NCBI RefSeq assembly: GCF_037042905.1
Contig: NC_087245.1
Location: forward strand, 10,356,001 to 10,420,000
Direction: 5' to 3'
DNA length: 64,000 nucleotides
From: Lytechinus pictus
Taxonomy: Eukaryota
The notes beneath the pieces are model-generated. The model did not search any database. It was not told where the DNA came from and saw nothing but the letters and a program-made list of their open reading frames with translations. The position numbers and the translations under genes are program-made. This document shows positions 40,001 through 52,746 of this stretch, one piece after another. Position 1 is the first letter of the stretch; the number at the start of each line of letters is the position of its first letter.

Positions 40001-41255
40001 AAGTATTTCCATTATTCAAATTTTGCTGATTCCAGATTTATTTGTAAAATGTTAAAATATGTTCAAGATTTAGTTATGGAAAATCCATTTACCCCCACCC
40101 TTTCATTTATAAAAGAAGACATGGAAGGGGGGGTACATTTAACGGTAGATTTTATATTGCGAAGATTGACTGATTTAGAAGAAAGTAACTTCATGGTCTT
40201 TCGATATTTTCTTTAAAATTCAAGTTCAGTCAGAGAAGATGTCATTCTAATAATTCATTATTTTTTCACCAGTATTCTGGGACGCCAAGAGTATCATGAT
40301 CTGACGGACATGAACCCATTTGACAGTTATGTATATGATTATTTACGAGAAAAAATCTCACTTATACCAATTTGTTTTATTAGTAAGGGTTAAACACTTT
40401 TAATCTCTATTTCATGAGAGAAGAATCTTGGAAAGTGTAATACCATGCAGACTGAACTTTGGAGGAAATGTTAACAAGGTTGGTTCATCCCTTGATCCAC
40501 ACTTTCCTCAATCTGTGCTGTAACTATTACTGAGAGCGAATTCTAAATAGCAATCTATACAAGAGTCGAGTCACACCCCACCATGAAATCCAATGAATGG
40601 GACTGAATCATTAGTAAAAGGATTCTCTATCATTGTGTTTGTAAACAACAACCTGCTGGGACCACCAGAGTAACAAAGAAAACCATTACCCCTTTCGACT
40701 CTTAGTGATAATGACCTTTTCCTTACAAGTCGTTGCCTTTTCTTTGTTACCCTTAAGAGATCGTCTACGGGCCAAGGAAATTAGTGAGTTGTGGCGAGCA
40801 AACAAAGGATAGGTAATTGTGACCAATTAAGGGGACTGATTGGGTGTCAATGGATATTGCATAACATGATTGCTATTGAATAAAAAATGCAAGCCCGAGC
40901 TTCTTGTTTGTATAAATCAAATACAAAGGACAGAGAGAAGACGCTGCTTGCTGAGAAAGTTTTTACCTGGAACTTACCATATCCGTGTGATAATGAGGTA
41001 AATGGTTTTCTCCAAGGTGTAAGCTTGTCTCCATTTAACTGTATGGTTTTTATCGCACTCTGAACAAAAGTTGAGAACAGGCAAGTGACAGAATAAAAGT
41101 GTAAAATGAATTTTCACAAATATTGTCTGTAACTTTTGTAAGTGTGTGAAAATTGACTTATGTCAATTCCTTTATCTTGAGAATGTCATCCTGAAGCTTA
41201 ATGATGAAACGCGCGATGAATTACAAGTTTCACCAAGCTCTCTCTTCAATTCTTG

Positions 41256-41417
41256 TACCTCAGTCGCATTTGCTCTACGGCGGCCTTACTGCAAGTCGAA
41301 AACAGCCGTTTTAATTTTTTTTTGTTATAGCTACATATAAGTGGTTGGATAAAAATGAATAAAACCGATGTTTTCGACTCGCCGTACGGCCGCCGTAGAG
41401 CAAATGTGACCGAGGTA
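41256..41417. mobile_element. Fold-back MITE, about 160 bp
   Basis: Inverted arms of about 58 bp (tacctcagtcgcatttgctctacggcggcc.. / ..ggccgccgtagagcaaatgtgaccgaggta) with about 7 mismatches. Confidence 0.78.
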
Positions 41418-41454
41418 TAACTTACATGTTAGCGATTTAGATACTGTTGTGAAA

Positions 41455-41570
41455 TTATCATCATAATTGTCATCATCATCATCATCATCAATATTATTAT
41501 CACCGTTATTATCATTATTATATTGTCATCATCATTACTATTATTTTATCATCATCATCATTATTGATCA
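41455..41570. repeat. (ATC/ATT)n microsatellite
   Basis: Tandem trinucleotides seen directly. Confidence 0.85.
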
Positions 41571-43693
41571 TGATTGTTTATTCATGCCATTTGTGCTACC
41601 TTCTGGTTCCTTCTTAACAACATTCATTACAACAATCATATAGTTATGATCATTGAATATCATAATTATTTTCTTTCATTTTTTACTCCGCATGGATGCC
41701 TTTTGAAATAAAGTTCCCAAGTAAGAGAGAAAAGAGGTTATAGGTATACCTTTAACGCATGAACCTATGGCATGAATGTGATCAGCCTCATTCAATTTCA
41801 ATTTCTAGGTTCGTAGTTCGAGCCAACCCCAATGACAAATTGGCACTGCGGGAAGCTCTATTAGAAAGCAGGAACCAAGATGGTCGGCTAGGACAGGGTG
41901 GCAAACATTCCACCAAACCAGCTGTGTCACAGGAGAAATGACATGCTGTGTATGGGCCAATGGTGAACGAGAAAGGCAGGACGATATGATATTAATATGA
42001 GAAAGATTGGTAAAGGGAGGGTTATTTGCGAGAATAGGCAGTGAGGAGTGCCCTCTGATTATTGGACAGTGGGGGAGTGAAAGGAACTAGGACGCCCGGT
42101 AATTACATTTCAAACATCGATCTTGAGCATTGGAGATATATATTTAGCTCATGATATGTTGGATATACATACATTATGGTTTCAAAGACAAACCTCTAAT
42201 TTTAAAACAATACTGTCTAGGCCTACTCATACAATCAAAATTGGACTGTATAATGATGCAATATAGGGGAAATACATTGAATAGATTGATTTCCAAATTC
42301 ATCTGCTTTTCATATTGTGTTTTAGATATTGCCAGACTTTTTTAATTTACCTGCCCAAATACCCTTTCCCCATTCTCAACGAAAAAGGGGAGAAATTGTT
42401 TATCCCCACAACAGACCAAGAGGTATAGGCCTAGCTGTGAAAGAGGAAACTTATGGTAGCCATGCCACCAGAGAACATGTGTTGTAAATGGGTCGTTTTT
42501 CTTTCATCATGTTCTCGTTTTCATTGGATTTTTTTTAGTGCATCACCTTGAGTTGTTTTCCTTCATCCTCATTTACATTTGCCTTCAAATGTATGGATCC
42601 TACTCCATGGTATCATTGAGTAGGGGATCATAACTGAGAATTAAGACATGGATGACGAGTCTCATCTTCCACACCTGTCATTCTTATAGGATGTCTACAT
42701 CCAATTATTCAAATAAAATACTCTTGCTTTACCCTGATGTATTTCATGTATTGAGGGCGGAGCAGGTACTCTCTCTCTCACTCTATGTATTATTTATTTA
42801 TCTCTCTTCTCCTCCTCACCCCTCACAATCAGGCTTCCCCATACCCCCCCCCCCTCTATACAATCATGTGGAATTCCTAAAAAAAGTTCAGCTAACCCCT
42901 CTACTAAATTCATGTTTGGAATACTAGTTGAAGATGAGCTAATGTTACACACCTTTTGAGCTTTGTATCAACATAATAACACGGTTTGCATCATTACAAT
43001 ACACAGAGCTGGGACGCAGGTATAGGGGCAGGTAGATTCAAAACTAGACGCGACTATTAGCGGCAGTGATGTTTGATGAAAATAACCAGTTGCCTCACCA
43101 ATTTCCAAAAAAAAAGAGAAGAGATTATTACATGATGAAATAAACAACAGTGAATAGTGAGATGATGACAACAATTCGTACCCATCTACAAGGACCAAGT
43201 ATTACGTGGTAATCTATCCCTATATCACATCATCTTGCTTTTCTACAATTTTTGCCATCTATACATTTACATGATATAGAACATTGGAATTATATTATAA
43301 CGTTGGAATTTCTTCAGAAGTGATTTATTTAATTGATATGAATAATTTGCATGCTGTAACATAATTGTTTGGTATACAACAATATCTCATCGGGTCCATG
43401 CTCTTTTCACAGGCATCTAACAAATATTTTGTTGTTTTCTGAACAACTTATAGCTTTTATCCAAGAATGAAATTGTATGATGGCACAAGCCGAAATACCA
43501 TTTTTACATTTAAAGTGCCATAATTTGATACGTGTCTTAAAACCTCTTATTCTTTATCATGTTTATGGTCGTTTAGTTTGTAGATGCTGACCATTAGGTT
43601 TGTAAGAATTTTCAAATTAGTATGAAAAATCTTGTTGGATTCTACTTGAATGACATTCCAAATTTAGCCTACCCCAACCCCTTCGTGCCGAGT

Positions 43694-43846
43694 CCTGGGG
43701 TCCGTTGCAGAAAGAGTTGCGTTTAAACGCAAGTCAAAAAATCAATCTTAAGTCCCAAATGCGCGCTGTTGATTGGTTGAAAATCAAGTTGCGCATGATT
43801 TTTAGAGTTGCGATTGATTGCATCTCTTTCTGCAACGGGCCCCAGG
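43694..43846. mobile_element. Short TIR element (MITE), about 150 bp
   Basis: TIR CCTGGGGTCCGTTGCAGAAAGAG / CTCTTTCTGCAACGGGCCCCAGG (1 mismatch). The internal tgattggttgaaaat motif recurs as a fragment at about 62661. Confidence 0.78.
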
Positions 43847-46800
43847 CTACTTGATGCTGCTAGGTGACATGCCTAGATTGTGATTAAGTTAGGAGTGCAG
43901 TGGTCACGTTTTGAGGATCGTAGAATGAATTGTTCAAACATTAATACCGTGAATGGAATTCAGCGCTGCATCTTCATGTAGAGACCTATGCCTCTCTGCA
44001 CCGTGCCAAAAGAAATCATAATTTATGTGATAGTGTCATTTGTAATGAATCTACTTAAACAACTCACTCATGTTAAATTACTTCGTAAATGTTCATCCAA
44101 ACACCACTTAACACCAATGACGGAGAAACTGTATTTCACTTCTTGCTTCTTTATTAGTTTTTAATCTGAAATTATTACTAATTTAAAGATGATAACTGAC
44201 CGCATTATCAACATCAATAGCATAACTTCATATTACACATTAAAGCTGAAAAAGTAGCTAGAACGATATCATTTTTTCGTGTGTGTCTATATTTCTAATA
44301 AGTCATATAATTTTTGTAAATTACAAATAACTTTTATATTGGTAGAGTACCACGAGCGCCACTTTTTGGCGGACAGATCGGCACAGCTATCCTGGCGATT
44401 ATCTATCGTTATTTATTCATAATATGCCTCTTTTGAAAGTTGGTTACAACGCGTAAAGCTGTCACATGTCATTTAGTTATAAGTATAGAGAGAGAGAAAA
44501 AAAAAGAAATTGATAATCAGTATAGGCTTTCTTGATATGTGTATTAGATGTTTAGGATCTTCATTCATGTGCATGGCCCAGGTCGAGCTTCATGGCCATG
44601 GCCGTACCCAGCGGGGGGGGGGGGGGGGGGGGGGCAGGGGCAGTTGACCCCACTGCTTCACATTCCACTTAGGATGATGTCTTCATAAAACTATTTTAAT
44701 TGCAGACAATACCGGTCATGCTGTCAGTGAGATATATTCAATGAATCTTCAATTGTTTATTGTTTTGGAAATAGGATCCACAGATTTATAAATGTCATGT
44801 CAACTGATAGACTCAAATGACAAGATTTGTTTATGGAAGTTGGTCGTCGACTTTATGAAAATGCCTCAAGCCACAACATTTGAGACGCATCTATTTCAAC
44901 ACGACTCTAATTTTCTCCTCTGTATAGGCTTTTGGAAGAACTTGAAGAAGGTTACAAAATATCCGCCATATTATTCTAAATTGTTGATTTTGGGTGGCCC
45001 CTTGGCAGAAATCATTGATTTCATATTCGTAATGACATATGCATGGTATGGTTCAAAAGATCAGAGTAGATATATCAAGAGTTGGCCCCTTCATCTACAT
45101 GGATCCAGTTTATTTTTGTCTACTTTGGTAAGCATAACATGCCAATCATCGGACGACAGCCATACCTCTATGAAAACATATCAATGAGTGTCTGACAAGG
45201 GCAAGATGATGGTCAAATTAACAGAGATGTATATATTGCAAAATAGCCAGCTGATGTATGAATGATGCAGCATGAATTTACAGGCACGGAAATAATTGTC
45301 AATAAATTGATAATTATAAGTTTGTCAGACATTAAATGATCTAGTTTGAATAACTTTAAACCTTATAGCCAACATTGGTATCAATAGATAATAATTGAAT
45401 ATAAAGGGCCCTGTAGCGTCAAACATGTCAATCTATTTGCATTGTCTGGACAGATATGAGAGGTCATCGGGTATTCCATGCATGATTTTTGGTTAATTTT
45501 ACTCTATTTGTACAATACAGTGTATGTAATCTCTTTTAATGATGTTTATGTTATGAGGACAAAAAGCTGTGTAAATTGTTATGGTTCCAAAGTTTAATGG
45601 ACTGTGTCTATATAGTCGTAATGAACGTTAATGTATCTCATATCAGTTCGTGAGTTCCAGCACCCGACCACCATGCCCACCCTCATAATCATTATATATA
45701 TTCCAATAAACTTATTGTATACATGGTATATAAATATGTACACCTCGTTATCAAATTTTATCAGAACGACACCCAACACATTTCTAGATAGTCCTTCTTT
45801 GTCAGTTTGTGGAACTTTAATGGGATAGTTTAGGAGCAGACTTTATTGGATGGTTTGAGTGTTTGAATTGAATCCGAGGGATGGTAAATGTTAATGTGTT
45901 TTCTTTGTGTTGATATCATGCAGGTTAGAGGTTCGATTATAATAATTACAGCATTGGGATATTTGAAAAAATCAAAATAGGTATGAAAACGATGAGATAA
46001 ATTGGTATTAGAAGAAATCAGTGGAATGCTATAAATCAGCTACAAACTTGGCATACCGTACATGATATCTTGTTGAGCACTATGCATCGTTATCATGGGA
46101 AAATTAATTAGATGATGTGAGATCAATGTCAGTTATTTTCAAGGAGAAAATTCGCTTTTCAAGATTCATTCATGAGAATCTTTTACATAAATTATTTCAA
46201 TGGTTAATGATAGAATGTCTATTTCGTTCCTACGTCTTTCATAATTATTCTCTAATATCGGGGCTTCTTGACAGTTTGAAACAAAATTATCTGGCTTTTA
46301 CATAAGGCACACCCAGCATTTTTTTTTAATGTTTCCCTATGTTGGTGGTATTTGATAATCATCGCCATGGTTTTACTATCTTCTCACAAACATCACTGTC
46401 TCCTTTCCCCATCTAACTTTCATGTCAATCGCTAGACAATCGACCCAAAACCATAATCTCATTGTCAGTTTCGCTCCTGTTGAACAGAATTGCCTGGAAG
46501 TCCAAGGTTACAATTTCACATCACGTTTCCATCTGATGACAAATGATATCTGCTAACGTAATTCTCACTCTCCCTTTACCCCCCCCCCCCTCCTACTGAC
46601 TTAAAGAGATCAGTGAGTCCTTGTGATGAATAGTATTATTATCATATAATGTATAAATATTTTTGATAAAATGCTGACAATCAATTAGAATTGGTCGATT
46701 TCATTAATGACTGTAGTAATAACTATTTGGGAGAAAAATTCAATGTTTAACGGTTGTGAGTATTCATAAGGGACGGCAAACTAGTTGGGGTCAGTGACGT

Positions 46801-48627
46801 CACCGCGATTTTTTTAATTCTTTATATGCGACAAAATTTGTTTACTTTTCATGAGAAATCTTGTCGTTTGAAACTAATAACATATAAAAGTCGTGAGTTG
46901 AATGCAGTGAAGGGGTTTGAGCATTTCCCTTCGAAAACCAAACTTCAATATTGCTTGTGTGTGATTGTGGGGGAGCGTAGCGACCGGGGGAAAAATTGTG
47001 TTATGAAAAAAGTGAAACGTACCATGATACTATACTTCCGTCTTCAAAATGTCGGGGTGGGGGAGAGGGCTCCTGGGATCGTTCAGGTATTGTAAGGGTT
47101 GTATAGAACTTAGAATGGAATGCTGTTGATTCTACACATCAAGAATGTCAATTATTTATAATTTTAAAATATCAAAGTGCACACCGATTTTCACACTCCA
47201 TCATATATCCAAACCTCACTAGTTGCTTCTAGATTGTATAGAATGTAGATGAAAGTTAAATCTCTCTTTAACTTGATAATGTGTGAAGGGATATGGAGTT
47301 ACCATAATGTAATTTACCAATGCCAGGTGTTCCCTGATTGGCATCAATTGCACATAATGTATGTAATACGAAACTCATAATAGAGCAACATGGAGTAAGG
47401 TTCAGTCCTGATTCAGGGATGGGTTCATGGACGGGATAGGGGATTGCATCGAAGTTTTAGTTTGAGCAGGGAAGTGTTATATTGAGTAACGATCTATCGA
47501 GTTGGGGTTTTTTTTAGGGGGGATGCACTGGGTGCATCAAAATATGGAAATACAGGAAATTATGAACAAAATCAGAAAGACACATGTATTTATCAGTGTT
47601 GTTATTATATTTTTTCGTTCTGATTAAATATCACACTACATTATACAAGTTGGTTTTTAAGTGGAGAGTGTACTATGTATTTTAAAATAAAAATGGACCC
47701 AAGAAATTGCATACAGATAGGGCCTATATCATAAAGGTTATACCCCAATACTTTTGTTATCCTTACTGTGGTCATGGTGAATGTTTTCCACCTTTTCTTT
47801 CATTTTACCCTCAGTGTTGTCATGGTTTCCCCACTAATCCCATTTTAGTTTTCCAAACAATACACTTTCCAATTTTTAAAAATCAATATTTTTCTGAATT
47901 GTTTTGGGGTTACATTTTATCCACAGAATATAATTTGTAAATAATTTGTATGAATTGATATGATCTTAAAAATTATCTTGCTACTTATCATTACTGCATG
48001 AACAAAGTCAACGTGTTAATGCAAGCTACTTGCTATTTTTATTGCAAATTGGACAGAAACTTTGATTTACACCACAATGACTTTAGACATGAAACCTTCA
48101 AGTTTCTTATGTTACTTAAACATTATGACTGCCTGCCAGATAATATAATTGTTGATGCCCCTATCTCTTGGGGATCGCCCCCATCCCTTCACCCCTCTCC
48201 ATTGACACTGATAGCCCAGTCTGCCCCCATCAAATGGCTCTCATTACCAATGCTGAATATCATTCTCTCGATTGTTTTTTCAGATGCTATGAGTTGGTGA
48301 AACGACTGAGCAGAGATATTAAGTCCCTGTAGAATGTGGTGTTGGATGGTATGTTTCCATAGACTTCTTTCTCCTGGTCTTGACATGTTCCCAGCAGGTA
48401 ACGGAGACGGGAGAATGTTGGTGCTATGTTTTCTTTCGACATCCTATCCCAGGTTTCATGTTCTCCTCACGTCCTCCTTCTCACATCTTGTAAGAAAGAA
48501 AAGAAAAAAAAGTCAATTCCTTCAATCATGACTCTTCGTTCAGACTTCCTATAAAAATATATTGTATACCTCTTTGAAATTTATAGAAATATGCATAGTT
48601 CTCGTGTAAAAATGACGATAATACTAA

Positions 48628-48850
48628 ATGATAATGATAAGTATTATCATCATTATTGCTATTGTTTTCATTAGTATTCTTATCGTATTATTTCTACCAT
48701 TTATTATTATTATTATTATTGTTATTATTATAATTATCATTATTATTATTATCATCATTATAATTATTATCATCATCATCATCATCATCATCATCATTAT
48801 TATTATCATTATTATTATTGTTATCATTATTATCATTATCATCATCATCG
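48628..48850. repeat. (ATT/ATC)n microsatellite
   Basis: Tandem trinucleotides; source of the spurious poly-Ile/Met/Asn/Asp ORFs. Confidence 0.95.
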
Positions 48851-51800
48851 ACACTTTTTGATATTCCTTGGTATCCAATCATTACTCTCTTGTCTGGCGT
48901 GTCAAACGAAGATTAAAGTATCCACATAAAACCGATTTCACATTGTAGAAATCAGAAGCGTCCTCTGAATACACACTACAATAGGGAGTGATACGATCCA
49001 CATCATCTCTATTAAAGTCCCAAATTTCCCGAGTGTAAATGACCCTCTAGATTTGAGGACTCTCTAATTTCAACCTGACCAAGATGAGGCATTGAACCTC
49101 AGCAATTAAAAACCACTTGATCTTTCAATATCTAGGGTTCACACTGGTCCTAAAGGAGATGTGTGGTTCGATTATTCAGCTGTCACTGAAACAGACGCTT
49201 TCAGTAAATAGAAATACTAGATGTAGAAGAAATGCTTTGTATTTTCATATCCACATGAAAGGACGTTCGTTCCTGTAAATTAAACACTTTTATAGCAGTG
49301 CCTGGATACATGCATAAGGCAACGAATGTTTAGCTGCTTCACCAGCTATATATGAGCATGGTATTGAATGTGCTCGAATGAAATTCATTTTTGAACAAAA
49401 AAGTGAAGAATCTACGTGACTTCAGTTGGTGAACTTCTAGTGACGAATATGAAGTTTTAATTGATATTCTATTCATCACAGATGATCATCCATATCGCTT
49501 AATTCCATGCAGGTAGTTAGAAAAGGAGTGGAATGCACCTTTCTTTTAAAGCTTCAGCAACTTTTGTTTAAAAAACTTAGCTTACGGTGAATATGTGTCC
49601 GACAATTCTATATTTATAGGCCTACATGATGCAAGGAAAGTGGCAAAAATCACATATTGGATAAAAATTATGCACCCATTATATTTCCACGCTTGAGTTT
49701 AAATTTAATCTGATACACGTACATGTACCTCTCTCATACAAAATTAAATGTATATTTTTTGTATGACTTAAGTAAAATTAGATTGTCGAGTTACATTTGA
49801 AATGATGTAAATGAATCATAAAGGAATATTCTCTTTGCTAATAAAAAGCATCATGAGATAACCCATAGTTTCCAAACCTCGTTATTCCATGCACCAACTA
49901 TTTCATGAAATTACATTATCATGATTATGTTCGGCTATTTTTACAACTGATCTCCCTCTCCGAAGGCAAGCTCTTTAATGAAAGTCTAATGTATCTTGAT
50001 ATATGAGTCATGTTTTTCTCTGCTTTAATTGCATGTGAAAGGAGGTGATACTGAAGATAAATGAGATATGACGTGACCAATAACCTAATGTCACCAACCA
50101 TCAAATTTTATGCCATTCTCTTTCCCTCCACTGGCCCTCCAAGCTGTCTCTGCCCCGCCTTTGTTTCATAATGTCTTTCAATCTTACCTCAGAGATATAT
50201 CAATGTCTTATCTCTCATGTTCTAAATGTAGAATTTGTAGGGAGTTTGTTAGTTTTGCATGTCAATGTCTATATTTTGCATCTTATCATGTGTCTCCCTT
50301 GGTACGTTTCTCCATCACTCTCTAGGCGCCTTGGTGTTGGGTCTACCACCATGTCTACTGTCCCTCTAATCATAAACTTTCCTTCTCCAGGCAGGATCAC
50401 TTTCATAAAGACGTATAAAGAGTGGTAACTTTTCCATTATGATAACTACCATAGAATCCTTGCTTTTGATTGGCTGCTCAGATCAGTTACCTTGATAGCT
50501 GTCATAGCGACAAAGTTTAATCGCAATTGTAAGTCTTTGTTTAAACGACTTCTAGCTCCAGTTCTCTGGTAGCAGTTTAGTCCATTCATGGCAGTACACT
50601 TTGATATTAATGTATTCATTTTCCATTCCCTAAGTTCCTCTCACCTTTTTCAATATTATACTAGCTTCACACCCCTGTCTCTCTCCCCCACACGCACCTG
50701 GATTGTGATGTATTTATGTCTGCCCTATATCACTGACATTAATGTTGTTTTGTTTTGTATTGTGTTTCTCTCTTCACCCCTTTAATGTGTCCTACACACA
50801 GACTAATTCCTTACATCCAATCTCTTTTCTCTTCCACCATCTATGTTCTCCTACAACTTATGATAAATCTTCATAGCATCTTCTCCACCAACCAACCACC
50901 CTGCACCCTTCTCTCTCTTCTTCTCATTTTCCATCTCACGATAGAATATCATGCTCTTACTGTCAATACATATTTCCTTGCGTGCACCTGCTTTGCTTTC
51001 TCATAAACAGTGCATGTTATCCATTCTGAGCCAAACATTTTGTGGTCAGATATCCACATAATCATACTGACAGGCAAGAATAAACTTTCATGTTGAAATC
51101 CCCTCAAGAAAAGTACAGATAGAGGTGGCAGTCATGTGGATATAAAAGTTCATTGTTAGATTGCATGTTGTGTGTTCACATGGTTAACATGAAATATTAA
51201 GGAACTCTGATAAAGAAATTAATACAATATATAACATTATTGAAAATATTAATAATTGTACCTTAAATATCAATAATACATATATATTAATTATTATATA
51301 TATATCTATACTGTACATTTGCCCACGTGGTCTTATCTGGGTCAGTTATTTTCAACTTTATTGTTCTGTTTTTTAAAGTTGTTTTTATCATTCCAAGAAA
51401 TTGGCTTGCTAAATGTTTATGTGAGCCTAATAATATACAGGTATAATGATTTAATGTACATAACACAGAAAACTAGGTGGGCGAATTCAAATGAGAAAAT
51501 AATAAATAGAATGCCATTTCTTCATTCTTCCTTCATCAAACTAGTTTGAAGAATAGAATTTTTCTACTTATGTTTCATTATTGTAGACTTTTTTCCATTA
51601 TGATTATTATTATTATTTGGTTAAATGCATTTAAATAATTTAAAAGACCTAAATTCGCCTGTTTACATTATCAATATCAAGGACGGTATCAAATGATGCA
51701 ATCCTTGATATTGAATATTGCAGAATAATATTTTCAGAAGATGTTATGCTGTCTTTAATGGGGGCTAAATTGTTATTTTTAGGAATCCCATTAAGAGAAA

Positions 51801-52483
51801 AAAAGAAAATATGTGTGTGTGCGGGTGTGTGTAAGGGTGTATGAGAGAGAGAAGGGGGTGTGGCGTATATGGATATACACAGACACAGTCAGATGAGTAG
51901 AGACAGAATAACATAGCCATGAGATAAGTGGACAAAAATTGGGTTCGGACAAAGGCCATTAAAGTATCAATCGTTAATTATTCTTCAAGAGTTTCACATC
52001 TTATTTAGATGTAATTGTGTAAATGAAATATCCTATATCACATGTGAGACTGAATTCATTAATCAAATTGGTTAGCCATGATGTATGACAGGATTCTATT
52101 TTCCTTGGTAGAAATCGTCGGCAGGCTAAATTTGACAGTTTTATTTTGCTGATGTGTTTATCCCTGGGTAAAAATAGTGTATTAACAGGGATTCAGAACT
52201 TGTCAAACGTAAGGGGTTATTTTAGACGAGTAAACATATATAAGTTGGATATGTGACAGGTAGGCTACGTCATTATTTTGAAAATTGACATTCATAATAT
52301 CATATTTTAAATGCACTCTATGAGGATGAAAATATATTCTGGATTAATTGCATTATCAGGGACAATGTGTTTTATCACGTATTTTGCGATTGATTCAGAT
52401 GCCGTATTTCCTTCAGGGAAATGCCCCTGAAAAGTGAGATTACAATGTCTATTTTCTATCATTTCAGATTTCTGTCTTTTTAA

Positions 52484-52550
52484 CTATCTATCCATCCTTC
52501 TATCTATCTATCTATCTATATATCTATCCTTCTATCTATATATCCATCCT

Positions 52551-52608
<58 letters not shown>

Positions 52609-52667
52609 CATCTATCTATCTATCTATCTATCTTTCTATCTATCCATCCATCCATCCATCTATCTAT

Positions 52668-52723
<56 letters not shown>

Positions 52724-52746
52724 TTATCTCTAACTCTCTATCTATC
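52484..52746. repeat. (ATCT)n / (GATA)n tetranucleotide microsatellite
   Basis: About 260 bp of tandem TATC with TCCA variants. Confidence 0.97.

Noticed and set aside
39926..40393. Frame with one internal stop ending ..DMNPFDSYVYDYLREKI, faintly like the mariner/Tc1 DLNPxD..W..LK motif
   Set aside because: It lacks the preceding WP/YSP residues, the other catalytic motifs and TIRs. Likely coincidence; a tblastn or HMM search would settle it.
46794..46803. Second GTGACGTCAC CRE palindrome
   Set aside because: It sits at the edge of a TE-like fragment without other promoter motifs.
48624..48882. Poly-Ile/Met/Asn/Asp ORFs (also the poly-His ORF at 19558 and the SIYL-repeat ORF at 52434)
   Set aside because: Translations of microsatellites.
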